A model generated the notes under the pieces. That model was given only the letters and a program-made list of their open reading frames with translations, had not been told where the DNA came from and ran no database searches. A stretch of DNA of 64,000 nt from Cyclobacteriaceae bacterium. Its GTDB lineage: Bacteria > Bacteroidota > Bacteroidia > Cytophagales > Cyclobacteriaceae. The translations under genes and the position numbers were made by a program. Below are positions 57,051 to 64,000 of the stretch, in pieces. Numbering within the stretch: position 1 is the first letter of the stretch; each line of letters opens with the position of its first letter. The stretch is taken from assembly GCA_965278925.1 (NCBI GenBank), contig OZ257123.1, forward strand, positions 2,880,753-2,944,752. Reading direction: 5' to 3'.

Positions 57051-57554
57051 CTATTGAGTTAACGTAGTTTTCGGTAAATATTTTGCCAACCACGACTTTT
57101 CTGCAGCAATTTGCCAACGTACCTGCCATTCGCCCTTGGTGGCAGCTAGTGTGTTGAATGTTATCGTATCGGATTGAAGTCGGCCCGAAGCAAAACCTGC
57201 CTTGATTTCAATAAGCGGTATTAACTCTACTTTATCATCCAAAAAAAATGACACTACCGACCGATCTAAAAAATCGACATCTATTGCTGATTGTATCTGG
57301 CGCAACACGGCTACTGAACTATCAATTGAGCAACCACTCGGGTTATGGAAATCTTCATCCAGTGCCATAATAATAAACTGACCCCGTTCAATCTTGTAAG
57401 ATGTTTTCAATGGATGGCCGTGAGCAACCCATTGGGCACAAAATGATTGAAGCAACTTCGTAACTGTTTCTTCTTCCGCAGCAGACAAGGCCCGCTTGCC
57501 CTGATAGATCCACACTCTGCTTTCATCTCTTAACTCTTCAAAAGGAATATACAT
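57051..57554 (-). CDS. Conserved Bacteroidota hypothetical protein
   Basis: SRVWIYQ..R, W.AHG..L, PSGCSIDSSV motif; no Walker motifs. Confidence 0.75.
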   Translation of the reverse strand: MYIPFEELRDESRVWIYQGKRALSAAEEETVTKLLQSFCAQWVAHGHPLKTSYKIERGQFIIMALDEDFHNPSGCSIDSSVAVLRQIQSAIDVDFLDRSVVSFFLDDKVELIPLIEIKAGFASGRLQSDTITFNTLAATKGEWQVRWQIAAEKSWLAKYLPKTTLTQ

Positions 57555-57595
57555 TATGCTCGATTTAATTCTGATCTCTGAACCTATTCGTCATT

Positions 57596-58378
57596 CTATA
57601 AACCTTGCGCCTCTGCAATAAGTTCGGCCAGGTCTTTCACTTTTACCTCAGCTTCTTTCTCCTTGTTCTTAACTCCATCAGTAATCATCGTCATACAAAA
57701 CGGGCAAGCCACAGCAATGGTAGTTGCTCCGGTTGATAATGCCTCCTCGGCACGCTCAACATTAATATCTTTATTTCCCTTCTCTGGTTCTTTAAACATT
57801 TGTGCCCCGCCTGCCCCGCAACATAAGCCTGTAGTGCGGCAACGTTTCATCTCAACCAAATCTGCATCAAGCGCCTGAAGCACTTCGCGTGGAGCTTCGT
57901 AAATATTATTGGCGCGCCCCAAATAACATGAATCGTGATACGTGATCTTCTTCCCTTTAAAAGCTCCGCCATCTGCCAGTTTTATTTTCCCCTCGTTAAT
58001 CAATTGCTGAAGGTATGTAGCGTGATGAATCACTTCATAACTTCCTCCTAATTCGGGATACTCATTCTTAATCGTATTAAAACAATGCGGACATGCGGTA
58101 ACAATTTTTTTTATGTTATACCCATTCAATACCTGAATGTTGCTCATGGCCTGCATTTGAAAGAGGAACTCATTACCTGCTCTGCGGGCAGGGTCGCCTG
58201 TGCAGCTTTCTTCAGTACCCAGCACAGCAAATTTAATCTCTACAGCATTCAAAATTTTTACAAAGGCTTTTGTTACCCGCTTGGCGCGATCGTCAAACGA
58301 TCCGGAACATCCTACCCAAAAAAGTATTTCGGGAGATTCACCTTTAGCGGCAAGTTCGGCCATGGTAGATACAGTCAT
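57596..58378 (-). CDS. (Fe-S)-binding protein with two CCG domains (FadF C-terminal-like)
   Basis: WVGCSGSFD, ESCTGDPARR, TACPHC, YHDSCYLGR, CCGAGG, ACPFC. Confidence 0.9.
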   Translation of the reverse strand: MTVSTMAELAAKGESPEILFWVGCSGSFDDRAKRVTKAFVKILNAVEIKFAVLGTEESCTGDPARRAGNEFLFQMQAMSNIQVLNGYNIKKIVTACPHCFNTIKNEYPELGGSYEVIHHATYLQQLINEGKIKLADGGAFKGKKITYHDSCYLGRANNIYEAPREVLQALDADLVEMKRCRTTGLCCGAGGAQMFKEPEKGNKDINVERAEEALSTGATTIAVACPFCMTMITDGVKNKEKEAEVKVKDLAELIAEAQGL

Positions 58379-58415
58379 TCGTTAATCGTTATTGTTCGTT
58401 CTTTAAGAAATTGTG

Positions 58416-59726
58416 CTATTGATCCTTGGCCCAATTAAATCTATCTGAAGAAGGAAATTTCCAAGGCGCAAAACTCGTTTCAATATTCTGAAACATGCTG
58501 TTCCACTGCGCTGGCGAACCGGATTCTTCCATCGCTACATATCGCCTCAGTTCCAAAATAATTTCCAGCGGATTAATCAGTACGGGGCATGCTTCCACAC
58601 ACGCATTGCAACTGGTGCATGCATTAATCTCTTCTTTGGTGATGTAATCATTCAGCAATGTTTTTCCGTCATTCAATCCCGGGCCACCGGCCTGTATACT
58701 GGTGCCCACTTCTTCCATGCGGTCGCGGGTATCCATCATAATCTTGCGTGGCGAAAGTTTTTTGCCTGTAAAGTTAGCCGGGCATTCAGCTGTGCATCGG
58801 CCGCACTCCGTACACGAGTAAGCAGCCATTAAATTATTCCAGGTCAAATCATTGATATCTTTCGCTCCAAATCGTTCGGGCACGGCTGGTGTTGTCGGAG
58901 GCGTTGTAGTAAGACCTAACATCGACTTCACTTCGTTGGTTACCACAGGCATGTTATTGATATGCCCTTTGGGTTCTTGTTTAGCAAAATACGTATTGGG
59001 AAAGGCCATAAAAATATGCAAGTGCTTTGAATAGGTTACATACAAAGCAAAGCCCAGAATGCCGATGATGTGAAACCACCATGCAAAGCGCTCTATAAAC
59101 ACCAACGTGGTTGTATTGATATTTTGAAAAAGTGGAAGTAAAAAAGAACTTAAGAATAAACTTCCCGTAGCCACGTAGTGATTATCACGGGTTTGCAAAA
59201 CCTGATCGCTCGCATTCATTGCAAGAATAGCTGTCATTAGAATAATCTCAGTTACAAGAATAAGGTTTGCGTCAAGGCGAGGCCACTTGGTCATCTCGGC
59301 CGACTGGAAACGGGCCACCTTCAATACATTTCTGCGGAGCAAAAAGATGACACACGCCAACAACACAGCCAGCGCCAGAAACTCAAATAAATTCATCAAC
59401 ACCGTATAGAATCCACCGAGGAAAGGCGCAAAAATCCGATGGGTTCCAAGAACTCCATCAATCACAAACTCCAGCACCTCAATATTGATGACCAAAAAAC
59501 CCACATAAATAAAAAAGTGTAAGAAGGCTGGAATAAATTTCTTGAACATCTTCTGTTGACCAAACGCTACCAATACCATATTTTGAATACGTTGGCCAGC
59601 ATTGCCTTTGGATTCGAAGGGTTTACCCAGATTGATATTACTTCGAATGCGTACCACACGCTTCCGAATAAGAAAGACGGAAACCGCTAAGGTGATGATG
59701 AAAACAATTTGCTGTATAACAGCCAT
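58416..59726 (-). CDS. Membrane Fe-S oxidoreductase (4Fe-4S dicluster; FadF N-terminal-like)
   Basis: TM region; CTECGRCTAECP and CTSCNACVEACP ferredoxin motifs. Confidence 0.9.
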   Translation of the reverse strand: MAVIQQIVFIITLAVSVFLIRKRVVRIRSNINLGKPFESKGNAGQRIQNMVLVAFGQQKMFKKFIPAFLHFFIYVGFLVINIEVLEFVIDGVLGTHRIFAPFLGGFYTVLMNLFEFLALAVLLACVIFLLRRNVLKVARFQSAEMTKWPRLDANLILVTEIILMTAILAMNASDQVLQTRDNHYVATGSLFLSSFLLPLFQNINTTTLVFIERFAWWFHIIGILGFALYVTYSKHLHIFMAFPNTYFAKQEPKGHINNMPVVTNEVKSMLGLTTTPPTTPAVPERFGAKDINDLTWNNLMAAYSCTECGRCTAECPANFTGKKLSPRKIMMDTRDRMEEVGTSIQAGGPGLNDGKTLLNDYITKEEINACTSCNACVEACPVLINPLEIILELRRYVAMEESGSPAQWNSMFQNIETSFAPWKFPSSDRFNWAKDQ

Positions 59727-59808
59727 AACAGGGAATTTAGGGGGAAGTTAGTTTACGCTATCGGTTGAACCAATATTTTAATACAAAACCCGAAAAATTG
59801 AGGCCTTG

Positions 59809-59839
59809 TTTGCTGCAAATCGAAATTTCCATACTTTTG
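59809..59839 (+). promoter_or_regulatory. Bacteroidota sigmaA promoter of tRNA-Phe
   Basis: TTTG (59809-59812), N19, TACTTTTG (59832-59839): matches the -33/-7 consensus. Confidence 0.8.
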
Positions 59840-59871
59840 TGGCCCGCCTTAAATAAAAAGGCTGTTTTAAC

Positions 59872-59944
59872 GGTGACGTAGCTCAGTTGGTAGAGCAAAG
59901 GACTGAAAATCCTTGTGTCGGGGGTTCAATTCCCTCCGTCACCA
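59872..59944 (+). tRNA. tRNA-Phe (GAA)
   Basis: GGTGACG/CGTCACC acceptor stem, AGCTCAGTTGGTAGAGC D-arm, AAGGA-CTGAAAA-TCCTT anticodon arm, GGTTCAATTCC T-arm; CCA not fully encoded. Confidence 0.97.
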
Positions 59945-59954
59945 CAGAAGAAAC

Positions 59955-59983
59955 AAAATGCTGACCTAATGGTTGGCATTTTT
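59955..59983. terminator. Bidirectional intrinsic terminator
   Basis: AAAATGCTGACC-TAAT-GGTTGGCATTTT stem with A/T tails, between the tRNA and a convergent gene. Confidence 0.75.
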
Positions 59984-61256
59984 AATTTATACCACCTATG
60001 CTTCGCGCAGCAATCCATGCTGTAGTCCAGGCAGACTGAAAATTAAATCCACCTGTCTCACCATCAAGGTCTAACACCTCCCCGGCAAAGAACAATCCCG
60101 GCACGTTCTTGCTCTGCATCGACTGAAGGTCAATCTCGGTGAGTGCAAGTCCGCCACAGGTAACAAACTCTTCTTTAAAAGTAGTTTTACCTTTTATATG
60201 AAAAGGGCATGCATATAATAATTCAATCAGTTTGTTGATCTGTTTATGCGGCAACTCAGCCCAGATTTTTCGATCTTCAATTCCAGACTTGATACAAAGA
60301 AACTCCCAAAGTCGCTTAGGCAATCCGAACATTGAATTTGCCAACGCTATTTTCTTGCTTTGATTCTTAAGTTGCATGAGTTCATCGCGCACCTCTGTTT
60401 CTGCCAACCCTATCCAGTTGACTAAGGTTGTAAATGTGTAGTTCCGTTCATTCAAATAGATGGCTGCCCAGGCAGAAAGTTTTATAACAGCCGGTCCACT
60501 CAGACCCCAGTGCGTTATCAATACTGCGCCTTGTTGAGAAAACCTGGTTCCTGCAATTCTCACTTCTGCATTGGGTACAGCCACGCCCATTAAGTTTGTA
60601 AACTCTTTTTCAGAATCATTAAAGGTGAAGAGCGAGGGGATTGGCTTAATGATTTCATGTCCCAAATCTGCTAACCATTGATAGCTTTCAGGTTTGTTAT
60701 ACCCTCCTGTTGCAATCAGAATTTTAGAAGTAACAAATGTCTCTTTTCCATGAACAATAAAAATGTCTTCTTTCTTTTCAATACGCTCCACTTCGCAATT
60801 GAGTTTTATTCCGATCCCCAGGTTTTCACTTGCTCGTAAAAAACAATCGATAATGGTTTGTGAATTGTCTGTTGTCGGAAACATGCGACCGTCTTCTTCG
60901 GTCTTTAACTCGACTCCATGCTTTTGAAACCAGGTTACTGTATCCGATGCCTGAAAGTGGTGAAAGACATTTTTAAGTTGTCGTTGGCCACGTGGATAAT
61001 GTTGCGACAAAGCCGCAGGGCTAAAACAATTGTTCGTTACATTACATCGGCTACCACCAGATACTTTTACTTTCGATAAGAGTTTGGTTGATTTCTCGAG
61101 TATAACAATGCGGAGATTTCTATTTATTTCTGCGGCATTGATGGCTCCAAAAAAACCAGCCGCACCTCCACCCACCACCACAAGATCGTAGTTGAGTGAG
61201 TGGGTATTATTCTCCAGCTGCTTTGGCAATATCTGCTTCTGATTTCTTTCTGACAT
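59982..61256 (-). CDS. HI0933/BaiN-family NAD(P)/FAD-dependent oxidoreductase
   Basis: VVGGGAAG, KVKVSGGSRCNVTN, EEDGRMFP, ITHWGLSGPA, VTCGG, FFAGEVLDLDGETGGFNFQ. Start uncertain (overlaps the MFS stop). Confidence 0.9.
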   Translation of the reverse strand: MSERNQKQILPKQLENNTHSLNYDLVVVGGGAAGFFGAINAAEINRNLRIVILEKSTKLLSKVKVSGGSRCNVTNNCFSPAALSQHYPRGQRQLKNVFHHFQASDTVTWFQKHGVELKTEEDGRMFPTTDNSQTIIDCFLRASENLGIGIKLNCEVERIEKKEDIFIVHGKETFVTSKILIATGGYNKPESYQWLADLGHEIIKPIPSLFTFNDSEKEFTNLMGVAVPNAEVRIAGTRFSQQGAVLITHWGLSGPAVIKLSAWAAIYLNERNYTFTTLVNWIGLAETEVRDELMQLKNQSKKIALANSMFGLPKRLWEFLCIKSGIEDRKIWAELPHKQINKLIELLYACPFHIKGKTTFKEEFVTCGGLALTEIDLQSMQSKNVPGLFFAGEVLDLDGETGGFNFQSAWTTAWIAARSIGGIN

Positions 61257-62454
61257 ATTGATCCAGGAACCAAATCAAAATTATGGTTATCACAATACTT
61301 CCGGAAACCACATAGCCCAACGTATCATAATGTTCCAACTCACCCGTTGTTGTTTGCACTACTATAAGACCTGCTATATAGGCCGCAACGCCTCCCGAAA
61401 TTTGTTGAACAGATGAGTTGATACTCATAAAAGCACCCCGATCCGCTGGATCTGGAACGGCTGAGATAAGAGCTGAAGTAGAAATCATTCTCGAAGAAAT
61501 GCCCATAAACATAATAATGTTTATCATGATCACCACCCACAATGGGGTTGGCCCCAGGTTAGTATAAAGCACTACTGTGCCAATCATAATTACTGACCCG
61601 ATAAAAAAGATTCGATACTTACCCCAACTGTCGCTCAGCTTTCCTATTAACGGACCAGCAAGCATTGAGAAGGCTCCCGTTACCATATAGAGCAGCGGCA
61701 ATTGACCGAGTGTAAGTTTCAGGTTATTAACACCAAAGGCTGTTCCAAACGGCATCATCATAAAGCCTCCGGTAGCGAGCAGGGTTGTGGCCAAAAATGT
61801 TTTCAAATAAACATTATGCGAAATCGTTTTCCATAAATGGGTAAATGCATTTCGGTCGGATTTTATTTTTAGGTGTTCGTCAATGGGTTTCAGATAAACT
61901 ACAATCAACACGGCAATCACTACACTCACCAGCACGATCATAATAAACGGTGCGTGCCAACCCCAGAGATTAGCAAAGTATAATCCGATTGGCAACCCAA
62001 GCACCTGACTTGATGCAAATGCCATTTGAACAAACCCCATCACACGACCACGTTGTTCTAACCGAAACAGATCGGTGATAATTGCAAATGAAATGGATCC
62101 TATTACACCCCCAAAAATTCCGGTAACGATGCGCGCCACCAACAGCCAATTGTATGTTTGCGCCAATCCACAAAACAAGGTGCCGCCAATAAAACCAAAA
62201 TAGAAGAAGAGTAATATTTTCTTGCGATCAAACTTATCTGCAAACCCCGCAGCCAGAAACCCGGAAACACCCGCGCTGAATGCATATGCTGATACAACCA
62301 TTCCGAATTGGCTCGTTGAAATCTTTAACGCAGGCATGAGTATCGCGCCCAATGGCGAAAGCACCATGAAGTCGAGAATTAACGTAAACTGTAAAATGGT
62401 AAGTATGGCGATAACGAAAATATCATACCTGGAGAAACTATTTTTCTTTTGCAT
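61207..62454 (-). CDS. MFS transporter
   Basis: GFADKFDRKKILL motif A, ARIVTGIFGG, EQRGRVMG; about 12 TM segments. Confidence 0.92.
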   Translation of the reverse strand: MQKKNSFSRYDIFVIAILTILQFTLILDFMVLSPLGAILMPALKISTSQFGMVVSAYAFSAGVSGFLAAGFADKFDRKKILLFFYFGFIGGTLFCGLAQTYNWLLVARIVTGIFGGVIGSISFAIITDLFRLEQRGRVMGFVQMAFASSQVLGLPIGLYFANLWGWHAPFIMIVLVSVVIAVLIVVYLKPIDEHLKIKSDRNAFTHLWKTISHNVYLKTFLATTLLATGGFMMMPFGTAFGVNNLKLTLGQLPLLYMVTGAFSMLAGPLIGKLSDSWGKYRIFFIGSVIMIGTVVLYTNLGPTPLWVVIMINIIMFMGISSRMISTSALISAVPDPADRGAFMSINSSVQQISGGVAAYIAGLIVVQTTTGELEHYDTLGYVVSGSIVITIILIWFLDQYVRKKSEADIAKAAGE

Positions 62455-62488
62455 AGAGGGTGTGGGTCAGATGTGGTTTGGAAGAATC

Positions 62489-63718
62489 TTAAATCACATC
62501 TATCTGACCTCGTAAAATATCTTCCAGGGTGTCGCGTCTGCGAATGAGTTTAGCTTCCTTATTGTAGATCAATACTTCGGCTGGCCGAGGGCGGGAGTTA
62601 TAATTAGAAGCCATGGAGTAACCATACGCTCCTGCATTTTTAATGGCAAGTAAATCGCCTTCGCGTACTTCGTTTAACTTTCTATCAGCACCCAGTGTGT
62701 CTGTTTCGCAAATATTGCCTACTACAGTATACACTTTTTGCGAACCCTTGGGATTAGAGACATTCACAATTTCATGATATGAATCGTACATCATGGGGCG
62801 AATGAGATGATTCAACCCCGAGTTGACGCCCGCAAACGTAATGGAGGGTGTGGGTTTCACAACATTAGTTGATACAAATAAGTAGCCTGCTTCACTCACC
62901 AAATATTTTCCAGGTTCAATCCAGAGTTCAAGCTTGCGACCATAACTGTGATGAAATTCGGCAAACGCCTTACTTACCTTAAGACCCAGATCATATACAT
63001 TCGTAACCAGATCACCTTCTTTGTATGCAACTTTAAAGCCTCCGCCAAAGTCAATAAACTTAAGCGATGTAAAATCACGAGCAATGCCAAAGAGTATTTC
63101 AGCCATCTTAAGAAACACATCCGTTTCCGTTATCTCTGAGCCAGTATGAATGTGCAATCCGTTGATTTCAATTTGATGCTGCTGCGCCAGTTGCATGATC
63201 TGCGGAAGCTGGTACACAGAAATGCCAAACTTGGAGTTGCTATGACCGGTAGAAATTTTGTAGTTTCCTCCGGCCATGATGTGTGGATTTAACCGTACAC
63301 AGCATGGGTATGTGTTGCCATATTTCTTTCCGAATTTTTCAAGCACAGAAAGATTATCAAGATTGATATTAAGACCCAGGTCTACACCTTCAACAATTTC
63401 ATCGAAGTGAACGCAATTTGGGGTAAACATGATTTCGTCTGGTGTAAAGCCAGCTCCCAGCGCCAATTGGGCTTCCTGAATAGAGACAACATCTACTCCG
63501 GCACCATGCTTCTTCAAAAGTTTTAAAATGGAAATATTAGTGAGCGCTTTTGCTGCATACTTAATCCGTACGTCCGCACCTGAAAAAGCATTTTTCAGGG
63601 TTTTCAACTGATGGATTATCTTGTCGCCATCATATACATACAACGGAGTACCAAACTCTTTGCAGATCTCCGCTACGTCCAGACCTTGGATTGTATAAAC
63701 TCCGTTAGTAAGTTCCAT
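62489..63718 (-). CDS. lysA: Diaminopimelate decarboxylase
   Basis: YAAKALTN (PLP Lys), GHSNSKFG, HIHTGSE, DFGGGF, EPGKYLV, GNICETD, GAYGYSMASNYNSRPRPAEV. Confidence 0.97.
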   Translation of the reverse strand: MELTNGVYTIQGLDVAEICKEFGTPLYVYDGDKIIHQLKTLKNAFSGADVRIKYAAKALTNISILKLLKKHGAGVDVVSIQEAQLALGAGFTPDEIMFTPNCVHFDEIVEGVDLGLNINLDNLSVLEKFGKKYGNTYPCCVRLNPHIMAGGNYKISTGHSNSKFGISVYQLPQIMQLAQQHQIEINGLHIHTGSEITETDVFLKMAEILFGIARDFTSLKFIDFGGGFKVAYKEGDLVTNVYDLGLKVSKAFAEFHHSYGRKLELWIEPGKYLVSEAGYLFVSTNVVKPTPSITFAGVNSGLNHLIRPMMYDSYHEIVNVSNPKGSQKVYTVVGNICETDTLGADRKLNEVREGDLLAIKNAGAYGYSMASNYNSRPRPAEVLIYNKEAKLIRRRDTLEDILRGQIDVI

Positions 63719-63804
63719 AGAAATAAAAGTTCAAATATATCGGTTGGGAATTTACCCCGAGTCCTGTTGGCCGCACTTTATTTGGCTTTGGTTATCTTCG
63801 CGCA

Positions 63805-64000
63805 ATGAAATTGTTTTATCGTCAAGCCGGGCAAGGCAAACCTTTGATTATTCTTCATGGGCTGTTTGGCTCATCCGACAACTGGTTTTCGCTAGCAAAA
63901 GTTTTTGCCGAACAATACTCGGTGTATCTGGTCGATCAGCGAAATCATGGGCAGTCGCCCCAAAGCGATGATTTTAACTATTCTTTGTTAACCGAAGATT
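63805..64000 (+). CDS. Alpha/beta fold hydrolase (YbfF-like esterase), 3'-truncated by window edge (not in ORF track)
   Basis: MKLFYRQAGQGKPLIILHGLFGSSDNWFSLAKVFAEQYSVYLVDQRNHGQSP. Confidence 0.88.
   Translation, partial: MKLFYRQAGQGKPLIILHGLFGSSDNWFSLAKVFAEQYSVYLVDQRNHGQSPQSDDFNYSLLTED

Noticed and set aside
57051-57554. Possible missing ABC ATPase for the permease array (this family is, as I recall, sometimes labelled that way)
   Set aside because: 167 aa with no Walker A/B or LSGGQ signature; it cannot be an ABC ATPase.
59872-59983. tRNA-Phe as an island integration site
   Set aside because: No integrase and no duplicated tRNA 3' end seen; both flanks are housekeeping genes.
59982-61256. 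50-nt overlap with the MFS gene and GGSRCN instead of the usual GGGRCN
   Set aside because: The overlap probably reflects an over-extended start call (a TTG near 61229 is available). A single substitution cannot be interpreted without an alignment.
62467-62510. Inverted repeat overlapping the lysA stop
   Set aside because: 11-bp stem without a U-tract; at most an ordinary pause or terminator, with no further support.
1852-63971. Numerous 60-165 aa ORFs in the track lying antisense or out of frame within long genes (e.g. 1852-2250, 12372-12749, 38687-39181)
   Set aside because: They are fully nested in well-supported CDSs, have no recognisable motifs, and are expected as shadow ORFs.

Overview
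Bacteroidota chromosomal window, probably Cytophagales-like (inferred from gene content, AT-rich starts without Shine-Dalgarno sites, and TAnnTTTG promoter boxes). Bases 1-19.6 kb hold a tandem array of seven MacB/FtsX-type ABC permease genes interleaved with two PadR regulators; no ABC ATPase is present in the window. Five permeases carry a 70-75 aa N-terminal 'permease prefix' module. It occurs in two sequence types that follow the neighbouring PadR operon rather than the permease body, and it also appears fused to an unrelated small membrane protein and as a frameshifted orphan remnant. The middle of the window has metabolic and regulatory genes (desaturase, LytS/LytTR, exported WD40-PDZ-caspase, membrane LytTR, mutS, ECF sigma/anti-sigma, purM). 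At 43.6-47.6 kb a compact operon encodes a 97-aa protein, an unannotated 24-aa peptide, a secreted 137-aa protein whose C-terminus repeats that peptide, and an exported TPR-CHAT protease; this is the most novel-looking locus. The right end is housekeeping (S9 peptidase, Nramp-like transporter, OmpA/PD40 lipoprotein, Fe-S oxidoreductase pair, tRNA-Phe, HI0933 flavoprotein, MFS, lysA, partial alpha/beta hydrolase). No CRISPR array, integrase or transposase was recognised. All calls were made by eye, without database searches.
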